In this document: in pieces, positions 39,881 through 53,852 of the stretch
Position numbering within the stretch: position 1 is the first letter of the stretch
Layout: each line of letters starts with the position of its first letter
Assembly: GCA_040143965.1 (NCBI GenBank)
Contig: JASJQH010006884.1
Location: 1-58,853, forward strand
Direction of reading: 5' to 3'
Length of the DNA stretch: 58,853 nt
From: Basidiobolus ranarum
Lineage: Eukaryota
The notes under the pieces: model-generated
What the model saw: only the letters and a program-made list of their open reading frames with translations
Database searches by the model: none
What the model was told of the DNA's origin: nothing
Translations under genes and position numbers: made by a program

Positions 39881-40252
39881 TTAAATGGGAACTGATCCAC
39901 CCTTGTGTTCATACTTCTTGTACCCAGTTTGTTCGCCTTCGAGCTCTACACTTGGCCCATCTTGATACTTGACTCGTGCAGCCTTCTTCTTGTGCGCTTG
40001 TGCGGTGTTCAAGTTGTTATGGTTTCTGGTGATAGTGAGGAATTTTTGCTTCAGAAGTGGAGCAGCACCAGTCTCATCATAGACAGGTGCTGCTTGAGTT
40101 GCTTGACCTAAGCAGTAGATACCTGGGCGAACACAATTGATCCGGGCGTATCTTGTCTGAACATTAGGACCCTCAGGATAGACACTCACGGGGAGTGAGT
40201 TGGTCAATTGAATTGAGAACAAAATAGCGACAGTGAGAGTAGGGAAGAGCAT
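39881..40252 (-). CDS. Small secreted basic protein (123 aa), unknown function
   Basis: Signal peptide MLFPTLTVAILFSIQLTNS-LP; one Cys pair; TATA-like element ~100 bp upstream. Confidence 0.7.
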   Translation of the reverse strand: MLFPTLTVAILFSIQLTNSLPVSVYPEGPNVQTRYARINCVRPGIYCLGQATQAAPVYDETGAAPLLKQKFLTITRNHNNLNTAQAHKKKAARVKYQDGPSVELEGEQTGYKKYEHKGGSVPI

Positions 40253-40604
40253 TGCTACTAAGTACAGGTAAATGGATAAGGTCAAGAGTCAAGAAAGGCT
40301 TCTTAGAAGGTAAGAACGCTGATGCTTGAATAATTGACTGCTGGTGTGTATTTTATATGTCGGATTTTTCGATGCGAAAAGAAAGATTCATTATATTTGA
40401 CTCTTTCATTCAAGCATACCGAATAGATAATGGATCGTTCTTTTCTCACCACGATAAACCTAGTCTCTATCCCGCGCAAATTCTTCAGAAATACATGTAA
40501 GCGCTATGTGGCTTTTTCCATAGTAGCTTGTTTTATTAAGGCTGATATATTTTGCACCACAGGGGCAGGGGATTAATTTATATTAAATGGATTTGAGTGT
40601 TGAA

Positions 40605-40705
40605 TTCATTAGTTAGCATTTATGCTGTGTAGTTAGCATGTAAACTAAGTTCATTAGTTGGCATTTATACCGTGTACTTAGCATGTATACTAAGTTCATT
40701 AGTTA
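40605..40705. repeat. 45-bp tandem repeat, ~2.2 copies
   Basis: TTCATTAGTT starts at 40605, 40650 and 40695, with near-identical intervening sequence. Confidence 0.85.
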
Positions 40706-40827
40706 TGGTCTTGTGTGTGTTCATTAGTCATGTGAGGAATATAGAAACGAATCACCTCTCAAATGCCTTTTTCACCAATTTTATTATTTTTATACAAAGA
40801 AACCAAGGCAGAGTTGAGGTCATAAGG

Positions 40828-42859
40828 TTACAAAGAAATTTTAAGTACTTCGTCCGAGTTGACATTTTTGGCTAGATCCCAATAATGTTCAGCTCTACCC
40901 TTAGATAACCATTCTCGGGCGTGATTCTCCGATTCACATCGTCTAAATCTAAATCCTTTAAAGCCCCGCTCTTTAATTTCTCCTTCCCAAACAAGATGGC
41001 AATAGTTCTTCGCGCTTTCAGGAGCACTCTCTTCGTCGTCTGACTCATCTGACCATTTGATACGACGAAGCATCAATTTCTTGTAAGCTTTTATGCCTTT
41101 GGGGCCCCCCTCCACAATGACAAGGTTGAAATCCGGATTGAAAATTGCCGTTCCGGTAAGGCACAGTTGCTGGGCGTTCATCTCGACTTTGAATTTCTTT
41201 TGAGGATGTGTCAAGTCTTTGATTCTAGTTGATGTGAAGGAATAGACTCATTAGCACCAGCAAATATCTGATAATCATTCACGTCCACTTACTTGAAAAC
41301 CGCCACATGGGATATTTGACTGGTATCTTCATTCAATTTTCGAGCCTTCTTCTCTCTCTTTTGTTCATCTGTTAGTTTCCGTTCGGCATTTTGTCGCAAA
41401 TGAGCATCTTGTCGTTTGTTGATTTGAGCTCTAACTTGCGCTTCAACCTTGGAAGGATCCATGACAGCTTGCTCACCGAGCACTCTCATGAAATTACTCA
41501 TTTTCACTGATAAATAAATCTATTTAGCTCAATGCATTGCAAATGGTGCTATATTTCATTACCTTTAGGTTCTTCGGGTGGTAAAAGACCCAATCGAATC
41601 TTGTCTTGCTTTTCTTTTTGGAGTTCAAGACGTCTTTGTCTTCTTAATTTCTTGCGCTCCTAATAGTGTTGAGCGTCGAAGTTAGACCAATTCAAATGCA
41701 AAGGATTTCATTTTCACTTTACCTTCTTTGTAAGCATTAATGGCTTTGGCTTTGGTGCATTGGAGTCAACTGGTGGTTCAATGGGCACTGGATGTTGAAT
41801 ATAACTTGTGATAACTGAGTTTTCGCCTTCCACTCTAGCTTCTCCATTATCAAGATCTTCGTAAGATCTATTGGTCAGTAGCTGAGCATCCCACCACTCG
41901 ATAGCTGGCGGTATATCACGTTTGATAGCTTTATCTGACATCAAATCAAGCTCTTCCATACCGGCCTTCTTGACTCCCTCAGCAATCTCTTGCTTGAGTT
42001 TCTCCAGATGCACCTAGGGAATAGTACCAGTGTGAGCTAATTTGGCACAATTCGAAATGGTTCTAGATATATTCATATATACCTGTGCTCTAATCTCCTC
42101 TGCTTGTGCAATGAATTTACCCTTCTCATTGAATCGAAGTCGCTTGGGTGCACGAGACTTTGGCGCAGCGTAATCTGTACCCAAACTAGGGTCGAAATAT
42201 GGGTTTTTACTGACATCTGAGAACTCAACAGGTGCACTCAGTAGTTTCAATTCTTTTTTGGATGTTTGTGATGCAACACGTTGATTAGCCTAAGATAGAT
42301 ATTATTGGTTTACTTCTACGTGTACTATGGAATATATGTGTTGAATGTAGCTTACCTTCACCGTAGCAAAATTGGCTTTGGGAATAAGCTTGGAGCCTTT
42401 TTTGAAGTTTCCAAATTGATCAACCATAAGTACTGGATGCGCTGGTACTTGTAGACCACCTTTGGGTTTTACAAGCGACTCACCACCTTTGGAAGAAGAG
42501 GGCTACATGAATAGCTCGTTAGATGAAGTAAAACGTCGTATGTATATTGATGTGATGGCTACCAAGTAAGGGTTTTTGGCAGTCTGTGCTGCTACTCGTT
42601 CTTTAGCCTCTTGAAGTCTACGTAATATTTCGGCGGAGGGGGGTACAACTGGTGGTGCTGCCGAGTTATTCGAAAGATTCTTAAGCTTGGCAGCGATCTC
42701 CTTTTGCTTTTGTGCTATCATGGCAGCAATCTATTAAAATACTATAGTAAGCATTGAGAATCCTCTATAGAAGTGGCAATTGAGGTACTAGAAACTCTAT
42801 CATACCTGCTGCTGTGAAGGGGCAAGTGTATTCCCATCGCTATTTCCTTGATCTGACAT
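40828..42859 (-). CDS. PRP3: U4/U6 snRNP protein Prp3
   Basis: IEWWD, ITSYIQHPVPIEPP, KIRLGLLPPEEPKVKMSNFMRVL, VEGGPKGIKAYKKLMLRRIKW; multiple introns. Confidence 0.95.
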
Positions 42860-43228
42860 GGGGACGATGAGAAAAGTTCTAACTTTACGCAAATGGTTAT
42901 TGCGTTAAGACACGACTTTTATGAAAAGGTTCGTTTGTAAAAATAATTAACACAAAAAGAATTTCCGTGTAAATTATAGAAATAAATTGGAAGATAAAAT
43001 GAACTTGAAATTTGGTTTATAATGCGGAAATTGAATGAATTATTGATTTGAAAAATAACTATCATGTTGATTATTCTTTTCCCTGTCAACTAAGTAAAAC
43101 GTTTCATTGGATCTATATGTAAATATTCTAGATTATATACAATTTCATCAATATTAATCCTGAGTTAGAGTAAGTCAACTTATTATCAACACATCGTTCG
43201 CTCAACTTCAAGCCACTTCGACTCAAAG

Positions 43229-45208
<1,980 letters not shown>

Positions 45209-45581
45209 AGTCATCTATTTCAAGGGAATCTTCCATATTTTTGATGGGTTGTAAAATGCGATAAATTATCACATCAAATGTCTATTTTATATGTATTCTT
45301 ATCGTTTCTATTTTCATACCCTTTCTCTTCTGTTATGCATACTCAGCTTCAGTAATGCTTCATGTTTGAGATGGAACTACATTGTATCTTTATAATTTGT
45401 ATTCTAGAATATTAAACACTGGATACAATAGTGTTTGGAATGATTGATTTGTATGTGGATGCTATCTGATTGAAATCCCGATCGTAACCTCTTTAACACC
45501 AATATCCTGAGAGAAGGAATCTGAAAAGGTATTCAAAATAAGAAAAGGTATTCAACGACATAAAATAAGAAAAAGTATTTC

Positions 45582-45900
45582 ATTACCTGGCAGATCCTAT
45601 CATTTCAGCCTTGATATTTACATCATCTTCACCTCTCTGAATTATGAACAAATCAAGAGAGGTTTCACCTTGAGGTTAGTACTATTCATGATTGTACCCT
45701 CAAATGGTTTCCGAAGTTGAACCCGAGGATGAATCTCACATCCACATTCCTCGGGGGAATTTCGGCACTATACACAGGAAGTGGAAATCTGAGTGGCTTG
45801 CTGTGTTCAACTCTAGTCACGTATATACCTCATAGCATCGAGTACACGGATTGGCCTAAGTTTGGGAGCATTGATTTAATAGGTTTTAAGTCTGCCCTGA
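45582..45900 (+). ncRNA. Candidate structured non-coding RNA with some U1-snRNA-like motifs (unassigned)
   Basis: Five or more consecutive hairpins enclosed by GGCAGA/TCTGCC; G-U pairs favour the plus strand. Confidence 0.3.
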
Positions 45901-46051
45901 TCTGTTGCTCTTATTTATTAACCGCATGAAGCTTAGCTCTCTGAGGTACCGATCAACGGGATGACGTGGCGTAGCGAGCACAATATATATAAACAAACAC
46001 AAGTGCGTCCATTATATCGAAGCACACAGATCCATTTAACATAAAGCAAGA

Positions 46052-49000
46052 ATGCCAAATACTCAATGCCCATTCCAAACAGGGGATACCAAGCAAGAGT
46101 CTGTCAAAAGCACCGCCACTGACAACGTCGAAGCTAGAACATCCAACAAAAAGACGAAAGTAATAGTGGTCGCCTTCTCAGGGCAAGATATAGAAAAAGA
46201 TGGAGTTGTCGTCAAGTTGCAGACTAACTGGGATCTCGATGATGTGAAGCAGGATTGTGGAGAGAAACTGAATATTCCTGGATATAACAATATAGAATTC
46301 AGCAATGAAGAAGGAGAAAAGATAACATCATTTGGCCAGCTTATGGATAACGATGAAGTCTATATTCTAGGGAATGATTCTTGCCACCAGGAAATTCCCA
46401 CTCCTCCTACAAGTGTTTTCTTCGGTACACTCCCTCAACTCTTACCGGATATCCCTGGATCTCTTAAACGATTCTATAAAGAATACAAAACTCCGATTCT
46501 TCAAATCTACATGTTCTCAACCAGAGTGATTGCCACAAACCACCCAAGCATTGCAGAGGTGATTTCACAAGAAAGTGAGTACTTCACTAAGAGGGTGACA
46601 GCCCAATCTTCCGAGGTAAAAGCCATAGGTGGCGAAGGACTCTTTACTACAAGCTCAGATGAGAATGTGTGGAAGCTTGCACACAAATTGCTAATCCCTG
46701 CATTCTCCAACTCTGCCATGAAAGGCTATGCAGAGGATATGGGTCATCTGGCTTTAAAATTATCCAACGTATTAGGAAGTTTCAAGCCAGACGAACCCTT
46801 CTTGGTGACTGATTGGATGACTAGAATTACTTTTGAAACCATTGGAATGTTAGGGTTTGGATATGATTTTAAATTACTTGATTCTAAAGATTCTCCACTG
46901 CATCCATTTATTGACGCCATGTCATTTTGCTTGACCGAGTTAAAGACAAGGACAAGTCGTTCTCAATATTGGAAAAAACTACCAATCTGGTCCAATTATA
47001 AATTTGATCGAATGATGGACTTGATGAAAAACACTGTGGACGAAGTGATAGCTCAACGCAAAAAGGACGCCGCTCATAACGAGACATTCACCGATCTTCT
47101 GGCATTCATGCTGGATGCACGCGACAAATCTACAGGAGAGAAATTGACCGACGACGTCATTCGCGACCAAGTGCTGACTTTCTTAATTGCTGGCCATGAG
47201 ACCACCTCAAATACACTTTCCTGGTGCTTGTATCTACTGGTTAGACATCCAGCTGTCATGAAGAAAGTCATTCAAGAGATAGTCAACGCCGGTATCGATG
47301 GTGAAAACCCTCCTACCATCGCTCAAGTATCCCAACTCAAGTACGTCAATCAAGTCTTGAAAGAGACTTTAAGGATGTATCCTCCGGTTGCGGCTGTTCA
47401 GAAATATTGTATCAAGGATTGCATTCTGCCATTTGGATATAAAATTGAAAAAGACACTGCAGCTCAGATCAGCATCTACTCTTTACACTATAATCCAGAT
47501 ATCTGGACTGAACCAGAAGTATTCAATCCTGATAGGTTTAGTTCGGCTGAGGAATCCAAAAGATCCCCTTATGCGTGGCTACCTTTCTCCTCTGGACCTC
47601 GCGCCTGTATTGGTATGCAGTTTTCCTTGCAAGAGGCGAAGATTGTCTTAGCAACCATGTTGAGGAGATTCGAGTTTCATTTGATGGATGACAAACCAGT
47701 CTTCTATACCACCGCCTCTGCTACTCTGAAGCCCGAGAATTTGCACATGAGAGTCACTCCTAGAACCGATCTACCCGAGTCGACCTCTCAGTCACCCTCT
47801 GATTCCTTGACCCCCAAAACTGAGCTGACCGCTCCATTGATCACCAAACAACTTTCATCTGATATCGTACTTCCGAAACTCACAGTTTTGTTTGGAAGTA
47901 ACATGGGGCTTTCAGAGGAGTATGCAAACAAAATTGCCAAGTATGCCGTTGAACTTGGCTTTAAAGAGACAGACATTTCCTCACTAGACGAATGGGATGT
48001 TTTAAAAGCTGGTAGATATGAAGGACAAGAAGTAAAGAGCCCCAATAAAATCCCCATGATTCTCGTAGTCACAAGTACTTACAACGGACTGCCACCAGAT
48101 AATGCAAAAGATTTTGACCGATTCATTAGTGCTAAGAGAGATGAATCCGATAAACCATTAAAAGGTCTTCGTTATACAGTGTTTGGGTGTGGAAACAAGC
48201 AATGGAGAACCTATCAGGTCTTCCCTAGCAAAGTCAATGAGGCTTTGGAACGCCTGGGAGCTGACCAGATATTCCCTGCTGGAGCCGGTGATGCAGATGG
48301 TGATATCGATGCTGCTTTTTCAGAATGGTTGGCTAAATTGTACACCTCGTTATTAACTGACTTGGGAATGGAGGGCTCCGGTTTGAATCTTCTTGGCACT
48401 ACTGCCTCACAAGATCCCACAGTTGGCGTTACCTTACGGTACATCTCTCCTGACTGCTCAAAGGAAGTTGATATTGCTAAATGCAATATCCGCAGTACAC
48501 CTCAAGCCCACATCATTGAAAACAAGGAACTCCAGATAATTGAAAAGAGCCATCGTAGTACGCGTCATCTGGATATTGAATTACCTGAAGGTACTGATTA
48601 TAGCGCCGGTGATCATTTAGAAATTGCTCCTGAAAACCAAGCCAGTCTGGTTGAAGAGATAGCAATCGCGTTTGGCTATGCATTAGATGCAGTCTTTGAA
48701 GTTAAAATAGATAGCTCTACAAACAGTTCGATTAGCTCTCGTTCGCTGGCTGCGGTTATCAAAGGACCATGTACTATCCGAAATGCTCTTACTTATTATG
48801 CAGATCTCTTGGCAGTTCCGTCCCGTCAATTCCTTGGTGTTTGCGTTTCAGCCATTTCTGAAGAATATCCGGAATTGGAAAAAGGATACTTGGAAGGAAT
48901 ATGTCAAACTGGAGAGGAGGGAAATAGAATTTATGCCAAGTTCGCGAAAAAGAATCGAACTTTACTTGATTTGATTCACAATTATCCTATGATCAAAAAG

Positions 49001-49720
49001 CTTGATTATCTGGCTTTCCTCTGCGCTATGCCCGTGATGTCGAAACGTAGGTACTCAATCGCTAGTAGTCCACTGGTAAGTAAGAAAATAGCCCAAATTT
49101 GTGTAGGAGTTGTTGAAGATTCTGGGTTTGAAAACAAAATCTATCCAGGCCTTTGCTCCAGCTTCCTTGCTAATTCTAAACCTGGAGTGGCAATACGTGC
49201 CAACGTAAAACCAGCCAAAGATATATTTCATTTACCAGAGGACCCTACTGTCCCAGTAATCATGGTCTGTGCAGGTACCGGGATTGCTCCTTTCCGAGGT
49301 TTCCTCCAAGAGCGTCAGTATTACGGATTGAAATCCATTGAAAAAGGAGGTAAATCCACTACTCATCTATTTTTTGGATGTCGTTCTCCCGAACAAGATT
49401 ATATCTATCGTGATGAACTTGAAGGATTTGTGAACGATGGTACCCTTGATAAACTACATCTCGCGTGCTCTCGCGTCGGTGGCGCCAAAAAGTATGTCCA
49501 ACACGAACTTCTTTCGTCAGCTTCGTTGGTGTGGGACCTTTTACATAACCAAAAGGGGGCATTCTTTGTCTGCGGATCAGCTTCTGGGATGGCTAAAGAA
49601 GTTGCATCAACACTCATCACAATTATTAAACAAATCGGAGGCATCAACGATCAAGAGGCCAACCAATATTTCCAAAAATTACAAGAAAATGGGAAATATA
49701 ATGAAGATGTTTGGGGCTAA
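46052..49720 (+). CDS. Self-sufficient cytochrome P450/NADPH-P450 reductase fusion (CYP102/CYP505-like) with N-terminal extension; intronless
   Basis: TFLIAGHETTS, ETLR, heme motif PFSSGPRACIG, FMN FGSNMG/STYNG, FAD RRYSIASSP, GTGIAPFRGF, terminal EDVWG. Confidence 0.96.
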   Translation: MPNTQCPFQTGDTKQESVKSTATDNVEARTSNKKTKVIVVAFSGQDIEKDGVVVKLQTNWDLDDVKQDCGEKLNIPGYNNIEFSNEEGEKITSFGQLMDNDEVYILGNDSCHQEIPTPPTSVFFGTLPQLLPDIPGSLKRFYKEYKTPILQIYMFSTRVIATNHPSIAEVISQESEYFTKRVTAQSSEVKAIGGEGLFTTSSDENVWKLAHKLLIPAFSNSAMKGYAEDMGHLALKLSNVLGSFKPDEPFLVTDWMTRITFETIGMLGFGYDFKLLDSKDSPLHPFIDAMSFCLTELKTRTSRSQYWKKLPIWSNYKFDRMMDLMKNTVDEVIAQRKKDAAHNETFTDLLAFMLDARDKSTGEKLTDDVIRDQVLTFLIAGHETTSNTLSWCLYLLVRHPAVMKKVIQEIVNAGIDGENPPTIAQVSQLKYVNQVLKETLRMYPPVAAVQKYCIKDCILPFGYKIEKDTAAQISIYSLHYNPDIWTEPEVFNPDRFSSAEESKRSPYAWLPFSSGPRACIGMQFSLQEAKIVLATMLRRFEFHLMDDKPVFYTTASATLKPENLHMRVTPRTDLPESTSQSPSDSLTPKTELTAPLITKQLSSDIVLPKLTVLFGSNMGLSEEYANKIAKYAVELGFKETDISSLDEWDVLKAGRYEGQEVKSPNKIPMILVVTSTYNGLPPDNAKDFDRFISAKRDESDKPLKGLRYTVFGCGNKQWRTYQVFPSKVNEALERLGADQIFPAGAGDADGDIDAAFSEWLAKLYTSLLTDLGMEGSGLNLLGTTASQDPTVGVTLRYISPDCSKEVDIAKCNIRSTPQAHIIENKELQIIEKSHRSTRHLDIELPEGTDYSAGDHLEIAPENQASLVEEIAIAFGYALDAVFEVKIDSSTNSSISSRSLAAVIKGPCTIRNALTYYADLLAVPSRQFLGVCVSAISEEYPELEKGYLEGICQTGEEGNRIYAKFAKKNRTLLDLIHNYPMIKKLDYLAFLCAMPVMSKRRYSIASSPLVSKKIAQICVGVVEDSGFENKIYPGLCSSFLANSKPGVAIRANVKPAKDIFHLPEDPTVPVIMVCAGTGIAPFRGFLQERQYYGLKSIEKGGKSTTHLFFGCRSPEQDYIYRDELEGFVNDGTLDKLHLACSRVGGAKKYVQHELLSSASLVWDLLHNQKGAFFVCGSASGMAKEVASTLITIIKQIGGINDQEANQYFQKLQENGKYNEDVWG

Positions 49721-51078
49721 AGATGTTTAAAATGCTCAAAATGCTAAAAATGCCACCTCAATAAACACAGCCAAATGGAAAACATGGTATAGTTATTGTG
49801 GTTACGAATACAATACAACAACGTATCTAATATGTCAGATTAGTGCAGACTTGTTTTAGTAAATAAATCAACCAAACTTATCCACCCCATTTACTACTAA
49901 TCGTCTAATCGTTGAATCGTCGAAACGTGGAACATGTATTTACTATTTCAAGATCGAGACTGTTGATCGAGTTGGATAAATTCGAATGTTCAACGAATAA
50001 CCGTTCATTCACTATTATTACATTTGCAAACTTTAATTTTGACAGTTGCATTTGGGGTTTCACTACCAATATGGAAATTGCATGGATTGGCAAGAATCTC
50101 ATATCTTGGGTCATTGTTACTACCGCCCTTGGGTATCATTAGGGTTAGTACCAGTAGCCGGATACACTATCTATGTTACACATCATGCTAGTTACACGCC
50201 ATAATGACATGGATTTTCAAGGGTTGAGGCAGGGTCAAAGTCAGGGAAATGAGCAATTGACAATCGATAGATGGTTTTGCATCAACAGATGCAATAGATG
50301 TGATTTAGAGATAAACAATCTTCTTGCCATGCGCTTATCTTGAGCATCCGGATACTCAAGTTCTTGATTATAATGTTAGTCCATATCTGTCGTGATTCCT
50401 TAGTTGGGACACATACAATACATATATAAACCGAATTAGCTCCACATTGCTATATCGCGAGAGACATATGCGCTCATTATCATCTCATCTCCGAGCTTTG
50501 ATAGTAGAAATCTGGGTTGGTGATCGTCACATATGGCAACTGAGTTTCTCAAATAGGCAAGAAAAAGAAAGATCGGAGTTCACTTAAGCGGAAAAAGAAA
50601 TAACTGCCTATATCAGGAATATTTTTCAACAAGCATGCCATATTTGTGATATTGCTAACGTGCTATCCCAATTTAATAACATTAGGTGAATATTGGTAAT
50701 ACTTGGCTCCATTCGTATCTTAAGAGCGAATGAGTTGGCATCTATGCCCTATGCCCCAAATTCACTAATTCAAACCAAATTGATACAAACACGACCCCTT
50801 CTAGGCAAAGGTTCATGATCCAGTAATGGGTTTGTATTGGTGGACAAGTAAGCATTTTCTGAGATATTCGGATAAATCCTCACAAGCAACAACATTATCG
50901 ATTGCGAGCCAGATTAAGGGCAAGATATCTGGGCTACAAAAAATTCTTGCTGAGTTTACTAAATTAGAAATGACTTATCATGATTGTCACATTGCTGTTA
51001 GATATATAAGTCGGTGGGTGAGCGGTTGAGTGTGTCTCACCAAGCTTTGATATTCACTATTCGATAGATACCCACTAA

Positions 51079-52098
51079 ATGAGTCCTAAACTCCAAATTG
51101 AATTAGATCAGGACACTTTTTACAAGAGTGGTCTTGAAGAAGATAACTCCGCCTCTATCCTTAAAGGAAAACTCATTTTTAGCCCGTCCACATCCGTCAA
51201 GGTTTTGTTCATTACTCTTTGCTTTCGAGGAAAATTGCTATTGAACAGAGGTTTTCAATCCACACGCAAAACTCTGTTCCAGCACACATGGACCTTCCAC
51301 AGAAATGTCGGATCCACCGTTTTCGATGCACAGAAAACCTATACATACGATTTCGAACTTCCCTTACCTTCTGATCTTCCAGAGTCATGTGTCGCTGACT
51401 ATGCCAAGATCCAGTACAGTCTGAAAGCATCCGTGGAAACACCCTTGTTTTCTTCCAACATCAGAACAGACAAAGCTGTCTTTATTCACCAGAACAATAG
51501 CCAAGTCTTATCAGTTGCCTACAATACTCACATTCAGAACTTATGGAAAGACATGGTCAACTATGAGGTGATCATTCCTAGCCATGAATATATCCCTGGC
51601 GATAGTTTCCCTGTCACATTCAAGCATCAAGCTCTGGACACCAAATGCAAAATTGTCAGCGTCTGGGCTGGCTTGAATGAAAAAACCACATACAATAATG
51701 GCGATGGTAACTCAGCGGATGAAGGTTGCCTGGTAAAAAAATGGTTACAAACTGCAGGGGGTGAAGTTGCTGATGGAGACGATATGAGCTATCTGTCACT
51801 AACCGTTCCCAAATCCTGCAAAAATGTGCATTACGACTCGAATACACCCTACGTACAAGTGGTTCACAGTCTTTCCACAAGAATCGATGTAGAAATCAAT
51901 GGAGAAATCCAACAAATTCGCTCCATACTTCCAGTTTGCATCGTTCATCATACAACAGCTCCTTCCTCCTTGAATGAGGTATATGAGCAGTTGCCAACCT
52001 ATGAGATAATCCGACTCGATTGTCCACCCACTTACGCAACAACAAAGGGTGTTATCACTGAAGCCCCACCTGCTTATCAACATGAGCTCACCGCTTGA
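51079..52098 (+). CDS. Alpha-arrestin-like protein, intronless
   Basis: ILKGKLIF...YTYDFELPLPSDLPES...IQYSLKA; C-terminal LPTY, PPTY, PPAY. Confidence 0.88.
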   Translation: MSPKLQIELDQDTFYKSGLEEDNSASILKGKLIFSPSTSVKVLFITLCFRGKLLLNRGFQSTRKTLFQHTWTFHRNVGSTVFDAQKTYTYDFELPLPSDLPESCVADYAKIQYSLKASVETPLFSSNIRTDKAVFIHQNNSQVLSVAYNTHIQNLWKDMVNYEVIIPSHEYIPGDSFPVTFKHQALDTKCKIVSVWAGLNEKTTYNNGDGNSADEGCLVKKWLQTAGGEVADGDDMSYLSLTVPKSCKNVHYDSNTPYVQVVHSLSTRIDVEINGEIQQIRSILPVCIVHHTTAPSSLNEVYEQLPTYEIIRLDCPPTYATTKGVITEAPPAYQHELTA

Positions 52099-52335
52099 GG
52101 CGGGAGTCCAAACAAATGTACATTTTAATCCTCATTCCACATATAAATAATAGAGAAGTGATAGATATTCCAAATAACATACATAGCCAAATAAATTTTT
52201 TAATCAACAATCATCATGGTATTTAGTGAGATATATTCGCAATTAGCTGTTCGCTATTCGCCACATTATATAATCATGTATTGACTGTGACTGACAGTTT
52301 AAATCGTTATCTTTATACCGTAATTGACTATTTCT

Positions 52336-53150
52336 TGTTGAAATTAGCTTTGCCTAAACACCTATATAGTCATATATAGCTTAGTATTTAGTTATCCTAT
52401 ATTGAACTAAGATATCTCCCATTATTCGATATTGGAATTTACTGTTGAAATTAGCATTGCCTAAACACCTATATAGTCATATATAGCTTAGTACTTAGTT
52501 ATCTTACATTTCACAAACATATTACCCATTATTCGATATCGGAATTTACTTGGAATATTTTCACCAACTTAGAAGTTCTCAGATATATAGATTTTGATAA
52601 CTTGTGCTAAAAGCCCCAAACTTTGCACACATGTTCCTGGGACCTTCCTTAACATATTCTACACATTATTTTGCTTATATCTTGACAAAAGTATAAATGT
52701 CAACTTTCACTCAATAAATCAATAAGTGAAAACTACCAATTTCTCTAATTCTCCAAACTACTTCCAACAGGCTCTGAAATACTTTAACATAATTATATAT
52801 TCTGCAGTATTGGTAATATTTATGTTGAAACAAACATAGCTTAAGCATCTATGTAGTCATATATAGCTTAGTACGTAGTTATACCATACTGAGCAAAGAT
52901 ATCACCAACTATTCTCAATTGAAATTTGCTTAGAAGTTCTCAGATATATAGGCTTTGATAGCTTGTGCTAGAAGCCCTAAAGTTTGCACATATGCTCCTG
53001 GGACCTTCCTTAACACATTCTACACGTTTTTCTGCTTACATCTTGACAAAACTATAAATGTCAACTTTCTACTCAATAAATCAATAAGTGAAAACCACCA
53101 ATTTCTCTAATTCTCCAAACCACTCCCAACAGGCTCTCACATACTTTAAC
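52336..53150. repeat. Compound local duplication: ~106-bp unit x3 and ~225-bp unit x2
   Basis: GTTGAAA...TAGTCATATATAGCTTAGTA at ~52338, ~52444 and ~52824; CTTAGAAGTTCTCAG...ATACTTTAACA at ~52568-52790 and ~52929-53150. Confidence 0.9.
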
Positions 53151-53852
53151 ACAAAATCACAAATACTTCAACATTTAGGATCAACTATATGGACAATAGC
53201 GCATAAGCTTGATATTAAGTAAAGTAGAAAGAGGATATGCTTCGTAACATAACATAATATACCAGCCATTCTAGATAGGTAACATAAAGTCTTTAGCTAC
53301 CAGATCAGGCTTTTCCCCTAACCCTAAATATGAACCTATAATGTAGGGTTATCATGTATCAGATTTCAATAGGAAAATTTATCCGATGATGGGGCTGAGA
53401 GTCAGTGCTCTCCGAGAAAAAAAGGTATACTAATGAGGTTGCAATTACCTGGATCCAGATTTACTGGCCAAGGATAGTCACAGATTTATTGCATCACTGA
53501 ATTTGGTAAAAAAACATGACCAACACGCTCACTAAATCTGTATCTTTAGCTGAACAAACATTATGGAATAACCGAGTAACAGGCTTTCGCATGGCCTTTG
53601 CACGATGTTTTCTTGAATTTAAGCATTAAAAGTAAATCAACGTGTAGAGTATATTAAGGGATTCCAGGAATACGTTGAATAATTTATCCAATATCCAGAA
53701 TATCAATTATATTAAAAATTATTGATAAAGGGGAATCGTGCTAAAAGATAGTCAAATCACTGGCGAATGTTGCCAAACAATAATGTTATTTCATCAAATT
53801 GTGGGAGAATATACGATTCGGCTAATTTTTTATATATTATGGGCTCAATTCG

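Noticed and set aside
45778-45795. GGAAATCTGAG resembling RNase P CR-I
   Set aside because: No matching CR-V at the expected place within the structured region
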